From NCBI GenBank assembly GCA_049517415.1, contig JBEKSC010000031.1, forward strand, positions 1-23,813: 23,813 bases of DNA, given 5' to 3'. The stretch's first letter is position 1. Every line of letters starts with the position of its first letter. Position numbers and translations under genes: made by a program. The notes below the pieces were generated by a model. It did not search any database, was not told where the DNA came from, and was given only the letters and a program-made list of their open reading frames with translations. Of the stretch, positions 9,069-16,335 are shown in pieces. This DNA comes from Candidatus Bathyarchaeia archaeon. Lineage in GTDB: Archaea; Thermoproteota; Bathyarchaeia; 40CM-2-53-6.

Positions 9069-9306
9069 GTAGATTCGATTTGCAAAGACACTCAGTAACT
9101 AACTTCTGCTACCTTAACATGAACCCCTCCGTCGAGGAGGCGTTTCAGATCCTTCATCGTAACCTGATGCTCCTCCTCCACTAATCTCCCTCTCGATTGT
9201 CGAACCGACTGGTCCGCGGTGGCTAGGTAATCTTTCCGACTCCGCTTCGAAGCACAAGACCCACTTACGTGAGAGTTGATATGCCACCATTCCTGTTCGA
9301 AGCGGC

Positions 9307-10233
9307 ATGAAGCACCTTAGCGTTGGCATATTTCATGACGATACACTTGGTCCGGAATTAGGAAAGAAAGGCACCGAATCCGATTTCGCCATGTTCAACC
9401 GAAAGACCAGCGAGGAAATTTTCACTTTCATATCTCCTGTTGGGGACAAGCTGACAGCGAAGAGCCAAATAATTTCCAGCATCGACGCCGCAATCGTGGC
9501 GTTCACAGGAACGACTAGGGAACTGGGGGAGACCCTAGTAATGCTTGACTTACTCGGCGTTTCTAACGGAATAGCGGTCACCTCACCTTACGCAACCCCC
9601 GACCAAATCTCAGCATTAATCAAGGATACGTCCGTCAAATCATTCGACGTCGAGACCAGAGATCCAATCAAATTACTTGAAGTTCTCAAGAGCCATAACC
9701 CTGAAAGAGATACAGCCTCATCAGCCCAAGTTGTAGTAGACCATTCTTTCAGCGTCAAGGGAGTAGGCGAAGTCATACTAGGATTCGTCAAGAAAGGCGT
9801 TGTCAGAAAGTATGACGAGCTCACGCTTCTACCGGCCAACAAGCAAGTCATCGTACGCTCCATACAAATGCAAGACGAAGACTACGACCAAGCCGAAGCA
9901 GGCTCAAGAGTCGGCCTAGCCATGAAGGGTGCGACCGTCGATGAAATGTTGAGAGGATCTATCTTATGCGCACCAGAGAGCGCTGCAACGGGGACATCGT
10001 TTAGACTCTCTTTCAAGAAAAGCCCATTCTATTCGGACGATTTGAGCCAAGGCACTTTCCACGCTACAGTCGGAATGCAGACGGTTCCCGTCAGCATCGC
10101 CGAAACAGGTGCAACTACTATCGTCATCGAAACTGAGAAACCAGTCGTCTACACACCTGAAGATAATTTCCTCTTATTGAACCTCAACGCCAAGAAAACA
10201 CGCATCATCGGCACAGGACGAACTATAGAATAG
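9307..10233 (+). CDS. Archaeal SelB-like (aSelBL) EF-Tu-family protein with a degenerate G domain
   Basis: ELGKKGTESD N-terminal motif. EF-Tu/SelB domain II signature VDHSFSVKGVGEVILG...VRSIQM...AGSRVGLA. Domain III ends in RIIG. No GxxxxGK[ST] P-loop; 308 aa. Confidence 0.85.
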   Translation: MKHLSVGIFHDDTLGPELGKKGTESDFAMFNRKTSEEIFTFISPVGDKLTAKSQIISSIDAAIVAFTGTTRELGETLVMLDLLGVSNGIAVTSPYATPDQISALIKDTSVKSFDVETRDPIKLLEVLKSHNPERDTASSAQVVVDHSFSVKGVGEVILGFVKKGVVRKYDELTLLPANKQVIVRSIQMQDEDYDQAEAGSRVGLAMKGATVDEMLRGSILCAPESAATGTSFRLSFKKSPFYSDDLSQGTFHATVGMQTVPVSIAETGATTIVIETEKPVVYTPEDNFLLLNLNAKKTRIIGTGRTIE

Positions 10234-10254
10234 CTAGTACGTCAATCCCGCGGC

Positions 10255-11046
10255 TCACATATACTCAAGCAGTCTGGATGTATGGCGGTTTTGGTCAGGC
10301 ACTAGATACCCGATTTTTGTAACGGGCTTGTGAGTCAGGGCGGCGATTCGTCGTAAGCTACCCCTCGTGCAAGCGCTCACTATGGCTGTCGCAGGGCCAG
10401 CGGATTTCATCACATCAAGCTTCAAGCCTCTCTCGCGCTTCAAGAAAAGCTGCGAATCCGCTGCTAAGACCTGTGCCTCGTGCAAAACGCCCCTGGACCC
10501 TGCGGGTATTAGTTCGTGAACCATTTCTGCGCGCAGGAGCCGTCTTACGTCCCGTAGATCAGTGATGACACCTCTCTGCTCCGCTCGCAAAACTTCTTCG
10601 CCGACATGCGGCAAACCTATTGCAAGAATCTCGTCACCTGCTTCACACCGGCCAACGCGCAGCCGATTCCGAATCACGATACCTACAACCATAACGCCCA
10701 CACCAGTGGTCTTGACTTCGACGTTTTTCTCGGCGCTGCTGACAATTGGGGGACTAAACAGAGCGCGTCTCATTTCAGTTCTAACCCCCAGAAGGACCTT
10801 ATCCCCAGTTGGTTTCGGTTCGACAGCAAGGGCAGTTGCTACACAAACCGGGTCTGCACCCGTCGAGAGTATCTCCATCAGAGCTACTCTGGCCGTCAAC
10901 CTTCCGACCATAAATGGGCTAGCTCTAACTCTATCTAGAGGCTTCGAGCCTATGCCGCCAGCAGAATCGCAACTAACAACCATGACTCTTTTGCGATCGA
11001 GCGGGATAATCTGGACATCCCTCGCTGTCCCAATTAGAGGATTCAA
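10255..11046 (-). CDS. cblS: Alpha-ribazole kinase (CblS; PurM/AIR-synthase-like fold)
   Basis: RDVQII..., SCDSAGGIGSKPLD, RLTARVALMEILSTGA, EPKPTG, AEKN, GLPHVGEEV, ELIPAGSRGVLHEA and KSAGPAT follow the CblS motif order as I recall it. Probable TTG start at 11046 overlaps the cblT stop (TTGA). Confidence 0.85.
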   Translation of the reverse strand: MNPLIGTARDVQIIPLDRKRVMVVSCDSAGGIGSKPLDRVRASPFMVGRLTARVALMEILSTGADPVCVATALAVEPKPTGDKVLLGVRTEMRRALFSPPIVSSAEKNVEVKTTGVGVMVVGIVIRNRLRVGRCEAGDEILAIGLPHVGEEVLRAEQRGVITDLRDVRRLLRAEMVHELIPAGSRGVLHEAQVLAADSQLFLKRERGLKLDVMKSAGPATAIVSACTRGSLRRIAALTHKPVTKIGYLVPDQNRHTSRLLEYM

Positions 11047-11558
11047 CGTTCTAGTCTCTTGCGTACGCCAATGTATGCCGCTCCAGCCACAATCCCGTTT
11101 GCGCAAGCCGCCAGAAACAAGAAAGGTATGAAACTGATCGTTGCCGCCCAGCCGATTGCTGGAACTGCAAGTACTACAAGAGCAGTGTTGATGACTATCC
11201 CAACGCCCAGTCCAATAATAGCGTTCAATTTTGTTTTTACTAATCCGATTGCAGCGCCAGCGCAGGCTAGCCCCAATGCGATTGGGAAGTGTAGTATCCC
11301 GAGCGGGAAGCCATTAACGATCGATGTAGCAAGGTGTCCTATTCCACTAACTGCAGCGCCATCAATAGGCCCAAAGTATAGGGCCGCGAAGAAACCCGGA
11401 GCCGAATCAAAAGCCACCGTCGAAATCGGGCCTGGGAGATGAATGAACGAGCCGATGACAGAGAGTGCGCAGAAGACCGGAATTCTAGCCGCGCGGTAAG
11501 TCCGGTTTGCTTTTCTGTTCGCTACCTTATCTTTCTCTGCTTCGGGACCTTTGTTCAT
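11043..11558 (-). CDS. cblT: ECF S-component, alpha-ribazole transporter (CblT)
   Basis: About 170 aa and hydrophobic. VAFDSAPGFFAALYFGP, GHLATS and GFPL..H motifs are characteristic of CblT. Directly upstream of and coupled to cblS. Confidence 0.85.
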   Translation of the reverse strand: MNKGPEAEKDKVANRKANRTYRAARIPVFCALSVIGSFIHLPGPISTVAFDSAPGFFAALYFGPIDGAAVSGIGHLATSIVNGFPLGILHFPIALGLACAGAAIGLVKTKLNAIIGLGVGIVINTALVVLAVPAIGWAATISFIPFLFLAACANGIVAGAAYIGVRKRLER

Positions 11559-12159
11559 TTGCTTTCAACTCCCGAGCTACCTTCAGCTCTTCGATTGTGT
11601 TAACGTTCAAGATTGAATCGTCAGGTTCCGCTATCAGAATGGTCTCCTCTAATTCGGGTTCGTCGATTCTGGTTCCATCAATCAAGTTAATTCCAATTGG
11701 GACCATTTGTGTCCCACCAACTTGGAATACAAAGGATGGTTTTGCTCCCTGTTTTTCCACGATTTCTGCATGGGCCATGACGCTTAATGCCGGTTTCATT
11801 TCCCTTCGGTAAGATTCAATTGCCCTATCTATGAGTACAGGAGTTAGTAGGGGGAGGTCTGCAGAAACAACCATCACGTCACGTAGTTTTCGCTGCTTTA
11901 TCGCGAATTTCATATCTTCTTCATATCCTAAGCCCTGTGTCTTCATTACTTCGGCGCCGATTTCTCTTGCCACCAGAGCGGTTTTGGGTGTGTTGGGACT
12001 GACAGCAACTACGATGCGACCTATGTTTTTTGATTTCTTCAACGCCTCAACTACTAGTACGAGCATGGGCTTACCGCCGACTTCGACCAATGGCTTCTCA
12101 AACTCGGAAGCCATTCTAGTTGCCTTTCCACCTGCCATGACAAGAGCTGTCACATCCAT
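11527..12159 (-). CDS. cobY: GTP:adenosylcobinamide-phosphate guanylyltransferase (archaeal CobY)
   Basis: NTP-transferase motifs ALVMAGGKATRM, EKPL, VSPNTPKT, GYEED, SADLPL, PIGINLI and LNVNT. Overlaps cobS by 10 bp. Confidence 0.9.
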   Translation of the reverse strand: MDVTALVMAGGKATRMASEFEKPLVEVGGKPMLVLVVEALKKSKNIGRIVVAVSPNTPKTALVAREIGAEVMKTQGLGYEEDMKFAIKQRKLRDVMVVSADLPLLTPVLIDRAIESYRREMKPALSVMAHAEIVEKQGAKPSFVFQVGGTQMVPIGINLIDGTRIDEPELEETILIAEPDDSILNVNTIEELKVARELKANEQRSRSRER

Positions 12160-12908
12160 TGCGTGGCACCTACAATTACAAGCAGGGAGACGAGCCTAGA
12201 CAGTTCATTTGCTGCACCCATAGTATCACCAGTTATGCCTCCGAAGGCTTTCCTGGATATGGACAGAAGAACCATTGAAGCTGCTGTGCCAGCCACGACG
12301 GCCAGTAATCCGATACCGCGAAGACTCAGTACAGCAACGAGCAGCACGCTAAGGAAAGCTCCGGTTAACCTCATGTTTCGATGCCTCCCATTCATCGACT
12401 TAACGAACACGGACCCCAAGCCCTGCTGTGCGGCCTTTCCGGCCCGGGCTTCAACCACCATAGAGAATTTCCCAACAACCTCAGAGACCAAGATTCCCTG
12501 AATCACATTCGGTCGCGCTAGGGAGGCAATGCTAACTGCGGTAGCCGCTAAAACAACTACCCCCAGGGCTAGCCCACCGGCACCAGTTCTCGGATCCTGC
12601 ATAGCACGAAGCTTCTGTTTTCGCGGTCCATGACACATCAGTCCATCCCCGAAGTCAAGTAACCCGTCGAAGTGCTGGACTCCGTTCAATAGCAGCAGGA
12701 TGCCTACGCCTAGGAAACCGACAATGAGTGCTTGCAAAGCGAATTCGAGCAACCAGACAAACATGCCAGTCAAAAGACCGACGAGAGCGCCGATTAGGGG
12801 AAAAATCGGCATATAGTACGCAGCTTGCTGAATTGCATCGTCGTCCATTCCAACTGGGATAATTGTGAGAAAGGCGACGCAATTCTTCAGCCCATGAAGA
12901 ACACCCAA
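12150..12908 (-). CDS. cobS: Cobalamin 5'-phosphate synthase (adenosylcobinamide-GDP ribazoletransferase)
   Basis: FLTIIP, FPLIG, HFDGLLDFGDG, AMQDPRTGAGG and FGGITGDTMGAANE motifs. TTG start. Confidence 0.96.
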   Translation of the reverse strand: MGVLHGLKNCVAFLTIIPVGMDDDAIQQAAYYMPIFPLIGALVGLLTGMFVWLLEFALQALIVGFLGVGILLLLNGVQHFDGLLDFGDGLMCHGPRKQKLRAMQDPRTGAGGLALGVVVLAATAVSIASLARPNVIQGILVSEVVGKFSMVVEARAGKAAQQGLGSVFVKSMNGRHRNMRLTGAFLSVLLVAVLSLRGIGLLAVVAGTAASMVLLSISRKAFGGITGDTMGAANELSRLVSLLVIVGATQWM

Positions 12909-12913
12909 TCAAG

Positions 12914-13390
12914 TCAGCCCTTACTCTGCCTCGTCGCCACGGAGTACATATTCGAGGAACAACCAGCGATTAACCCACCGATCGCATCATTGGTTATCGG
13001 TCCTAGTTTCGCGAGTATACCTGGCTTCTGTTGATCGAACCGGATAAACTCGAAAACGCCCCTAGCACCTGCTATGTAACTCGCGATTGTCATGCCGAGA
13101 AGTTCATCAGCAACAAGACCCGGCCGACCCCTGAATCTTTCCATAGTTAGGTTTGGAATCCTGCCCTTCTCCGCGTCTTCCTCAGCTCTGTAACACGCAA
13201 CAATTAGACAGGACACATTCACGTCAGTGAAGGCATCCTGGAACTCTTCGGTGAGTATCTTAGTCGCCTTTTCTTTGTCTTCAACGCCAGGGTGGGGCAC
13301 GAAAAGCTCCAGGGCCGTCGCGACCAAATCTTCAATCTTAATACCGTACTGCTCCAAATAGTTCTGTAACGTATCCAAGTACCGATTCAT
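12914..13390 (-). CDS. cobZ: Archaeal alpha-ribazole-phosphate / adenosylcobalamin-phosphate phosphatase (CobZ, PgpA-like)
   Basis: DVNV, LVADELLGMTIASYIAG, FEFIRFDQQKPGIL and LGP..NDAIGGLIAG match the archaeal CobZ family. First gene of the cob operon. Confidence 0.88.
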   Translation of the reverse strand: MNRYLDTLQNYLEQYGIKIEDLVATALELFVPHPGVEDKEKATKILTEEFQDAFTDVNVSCLIVACYRAEEDAEKGRIPNLTMERFRGRPGLVADELLGMTIASYIAGARGVFEFIRFDQQKPGILAKLGPITNDAIGGLIAGCSSNMYSVATRQSKG

Positions 13391-13440
13391 CTCATTCTCG
13401 TTCTGAGTAGCTTGCAGCTAATGTGATGATTGTGAATTAG

Positions 13441-13450
13441 CTTTTATAAT
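13441..13450. promoter_or_regulatory. TATA-box candidate in the cobZ / S-component divergent intergenic region
   Basis: CTTTTATAAT, about 35 bp upstream of ATG 13484. It also reads ATTATAAAAG on the minus strand, about 50 bp upstream of cobZ. Confidence 0.55.
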
Positions 13451-13451
13451 C

Positions 13452-13474
13452 TCTGGCTGGATAATCCATCCAGA
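13452..13474. promoter_or_regulatory. Palindromic operator candidate
   Basis: TCTGG-C-TGGAT-A-ATCCA-T-CCAGA: 10 of 11 arm positions are complementary. It lies immediately 3' of the TATA box. Confidence 0.5.
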
Positions 13475-13483
13475 AGACCACGC

Positions 13484-14023
13484 ATGACCGCTTCAGTATC
13501 GAAAAAAGTCGCACTAGTGGCAACGCTCGTAGCCGTCGGCAGCGTGGTGAGGTTTGGAATAGGAGAACTGGCCATGATCACGCCTACGCCATTTTACGGT
13601 GTCGTGGTCAAAGTCGGCTTGTCGGAGACATTGACCTTCATTATGGGCATCATTTACGGACCAGTAGTTGGCTTCCTAGGCGGATCATCAATTATAGTGA
13701 TTTCAGATCTCCCAGTTCAACCGGGACCATGGACACCTTTTATCGGCGGAATCATCGGAGCAGTGTTCGGAATCGGAGGCGCCATCCTACGGCGTTTCGC
13801 CAGAAGTGGACCCAACAGCCTTTGGTTCGCCTCGTCAGCTGTGATCCTAACAGTCATTAGTGAATTTCTTCAGAATTGGTGGATTACGCTATTCTATGGC
13901 GTTCCCTTACTGGCTTCGATGATCTCAGGGATTCCAAGTTTGATCACAGCGTTGGTGAACAACACTATCTTATTCACAGTTTTGGCACCAAGAGTCATTT
14001 CAACTATCCAAGAACAGATGTAA
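13484..14023 (+). CDS. ECF S-component, probably cobalamin/cobinamide-specific (CbrT-like)
   Basis: 179 aa with about 6 TM helices. N-terminal KKVALVATLVA (AxxxA-like) and YGPVVG...ISD...GPWTPF motifs resemble CbrT-type S-components. Divergent from the cob operon. Confidence 0.75.
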   Translation: MTASVSKKVALVATLVAVGSVVRFGIGELAMITPTPFYGVVVKVGLSETLTFIMGIIYGPVVGFLGGSSIIVISDLPVQPGPWTPFIGGIIGAVFGIGGAILRRFARSGPNSLWFASSAVILTVISEFLQNWWITLFYGVPLLASMISGIPSLITALVNNTILFTVLAPRVISTIQEQM

Positions 14024-14061
14024 TATGGTGCTCATCAAGCAAAACAGAAGTTAACTTGACA

Positions 14062-14445
14062 CTAAAGCACAACCAACCGGACACTTTTCATGTTCTCTTC
14101 ATTCTGGAACGATTTCGTCATAGAAGCCACTTTCTTTCCATCCCCTTCCAAAAGGAATAGTTCTATGCAGTTCCCGTGATTGATCTTGCTGTGAATGTGG
14201 GTCTTCACGATATCTTGGAATGAATGTTTCAATCGGGTAATGGGCCCCTCATCTTCTTGGCTATGGGTTACCGTTACGACCGCGCTAATTCTGCCTGTCA
14301 TTGAGTCCTTTTCTTTCGTATCTTCCAACATCAATCTAATCGCAGCGCGAACCAGCTCTGAACGGCCCGTAAAGCCTCTTGATTTCTGCAGCTGATCCAT
14401 CTGCTTGATCATCTGGTCAGGAAATGACAGGCTAATTATTGCCAT
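14062..14445 (-). CDS. NikR-like CopG/RHH transcriptional regulator with C-terminal metal-binding domain
   Basis: RHH domain IISLSFP...GFTGRSELVRAAIR. C-domain LKH...THIHSKINHGNCIELFLLEGD. Confidence 0.92.
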   Translation of the reverse strand: MAIISLSFPDQMIKQMDQLQKSRGFTGRSELVRAAIRLMLEDTKEKDSMTGRISAVVTVTHSQEDEGPITRLKHSFQDIVKTHIHSKINHGNCIELFLLEGDGKKVASMTKSFQNEENMKSVRLVVL

Positions 14446-14623
14446 AACGAACTACTCGATTAGCAATAATTATGTATTCGACTGAGAGTGTTATTAATTT
14501 GGCTTCAGAACTAAGGATTCGATGAGATCCCCCCCCGATTCGATCAGACTGTATTTACCTTGTGCCGCAAACTAATCGGTTGACCTATTTGTTTGCCGAA
14601 TCATTTGGAGATTTGAAGGGAAG

Positions 14624-15505
14624 TTATCTATCTGCATTAATCGCTTCAATTGCATTGGACTGATAAACTTTCAACGGTCTGATTCTTTGATAAATGAGCC
14701 TGACGAACAAGTAAAAAGCAAACACTATACTTGTTATGAAGAAACTCACCGGATACGGTTCATAAAACGCGACGGATAGACCTAACCACGTTGCGCCTAG
14801 GGAGATTATCACAGACATCAATACGCCTCGCCAAGGTCGTTTTGCAAGTCGCTGTGCGATCGCCGCAGGCGTCACCATCAACGAGAAGATCAGAAGTACT
14901 CCTACTACCTGAACTGCTATCGACGTCGCAAGTGCGACCAAAAGCATGAAGACTATGCCTAGAATATGCATGCGCAATCCCTTCGCTTCCGCCACATCTT
15001 CATCGAGCGATGCAAACAAGAGCGGTCGAAATACGACTGCGACCGCACACAGAATTACCATGCTAGCAATAGCCGTTACTAGAACATCCATCTCACTGAT
15101 GCCCAGTATTTCTCCGAAAAGAATTGAATAAGCTTCGGTCGCGTACCCCGAATACAGGCTAATGAATAACACTCCGAGCCCGAGCATGAACGCAAGAACG
15201 GTACCGATTTGAACGTCGCGATGGGAGGCACGTGGCCCAAGCACAGTCATGCCAATGCCGCCAACGCTAGTAAACAGCAACAGACCGAGAACGGGGCTGA
15301 CTCCGAATAAGACGGCGCCTGCAGCTCCTGCGAAACCGATGTGGGAAAGAGCATGAGCTGCAAAGGCCGAGCGACGCAATACAACGAAGTAGCCGACGAT
15401 GCCTGCAACGATTGCCACCAGCGTACCAGCCTCAAAAGCATGCTGCATGAATCGGTATTGCAGCATCTGTTGCAGGTCGATCAATAAATTAGCGCTGAAG
15501 GCCAT
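14624..15505 (-). CDS. Mn/Zn/Fe ABC transporter permease (ZnuB/MntB family)
   Basis: GYFVVLRR, HALSH, ILFGEILGI, SLDEDVAEAKGL and QVVGVLLIFSLMVTPAAIA motifs. Confidence 0.95.
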   Translation of the reverse strand: MAFSANLLIDLQQMLQYRFMQHAFEAGTLVAIVAGIVGYFVVLRRSAFAAHALSHIGFAGAAGAVLFGVSPVLGLLLFTSVGGIGMTVLGPRASHRDVQIGTVLAFMLGLGVLFISLYSGYATEAYSILFGEILGISEMDVLVTAIASMVILCAVAVVFRPLLFASLDEDVAEAKGLRMHILGIVFMLLVALATSIAVQVVGVLLIFSLMVTPAAIAQRLAKRPWRGVLMSVIISLGATWLGLSVAFYEPYPVSFFITSIVFAFYLFVRLIYQRIRPLKVYQSNAIEAINADR

Positions 15506-15507
15506 GG

Positions 15508-16326
15508 CTATTCGTCACCGTGGTGGTCCTCAAGGCCTATTATCGCGACGTTTCCTCTTGAATCACGCATGACCTCTACCTGAGTGTCGTACAGGGCGCT
15601 AAGACGGTCCGACGTCAAGACGTCTTTCGGCTTACCCGTTGCTACCTTACCATTCGCGATGTAAACCACTTTATCGAGATACGGTAGGAGGGGATTAATG
15701 TCGTGAGCCACAAGCAGTGCTGTTACGTTCCGTGATCTAACCAGTTCATTGACAAGCTGCACCAATTCAATTCCTCGCCGAATATCAAGGCTCGACAACG
15801 GCTCGTCGAGCAATAGTACATCGGGGTTGCTGACTAACGCCTCGGCCAAGAATATCCGCTGTAATTCACCGCCTGACAAAGCGTTCAGTGATTGATGGGC
15901 CAGGTCCGTGGCTCCAACTGCGTCTAGCGCTACGAGAGCGGTATTCCGCCCGGCCTTTGCAGATAAGTGGAAGCCCCATAGGTGACCGCAAAATGCCAAA
16001 TGCACTAATTCAAGGCATTCGATATTCGTTTCACTATCAATTACGTGGCGCTGGGGTACATAGCCGATGCGGGAATTCCCACGCTTGGGCGGTTCGTTGA
16101 ATATTCTAATTGTTCCATCAATTGGTTGCTGTAGTCCAAGAAGCAAACGGAATAGCGTTGTTTTGCCTGCGCCGTTGGGGCCGATGATCGCGACCAGTTC
16201 GCCGCGATCGAAACTGAAACTGGCGCCTCGCCAAACAATTTTGTCAGAATAGCCTGCGATTAGGTTTTCGGCAGTAACGATCTCGGGTTGGACTGAGGTT
16301 GTGACAGCAGATCTGGTTGTTTTCAT
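15508..16326 (-). CDS. Mn/Zn/Fe ABC transporter ATPase (ZnuC/MntA family)
   Basis: Walker A GPNGAGKTT, Q-loop IGYVPQ, signature LSGGELQR, Walker B LLLDEP, H-loop VAHD. Confidence 0.96.
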   Translation of the reverse strand: MKTTRSAVTTSVQPEIVTAENLIAGYSDKIVWRGASFSFDRGELVAIIGPNGAGKTTLFRLLLGLQQPIDGTIRIFNEPPKRGNSRIGYVPQRHVIDSETNIECLELVHLAFCGHLWGFHLSAKAGRNTALVALDAVGATDLAHQSLNALSGGELQRIFLAEALVSNPDVLLLDEPLSSLDIRRGIELVQLVNELVRSRNVTALLVAHDINPLLPYLDKVVYIANGKVATGKPKDVLTSDRLSALYDTQVEVMRDSRGNVAIIGLEDHHGDE

Positions 16327-16335
16327 TTGTCGAAG

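Noticed and set aside
9307..10233. True selenocysteine elongation factor SelB or a selenoprotein system
   Set aside because: There is no intact P-loop or C-terminal domain, and no tRNA-Sec or in-frame UGA selenoprotein candidate was seen in the window.
11047..11106. Longer start for cblS
   Set aside because: It would overlap cblT by 64 bp. TTG 11046 gives a 4-bp coupled overlap and fits the family N-terminus.
10562..11442. Plus-strand ORFs of 189, 110 and 127 aa
   Set aside because: Antisense to cblS/cblT, with composition typical of reverse-complemented coding sequence.
13391..13483. Cobalamin riboswitch upstream of the cob operon or the S-component
   Set aside because: The region is only 93 bp, and no GGGAA, GCCACTG or B12-box motifs are visible on either strand.
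14529..14536. C8 homopolymer as a phase-variation tract
   Set aside because: It is short, intergenic, outside the apparent promoter core, and there is no evidence of length variation.
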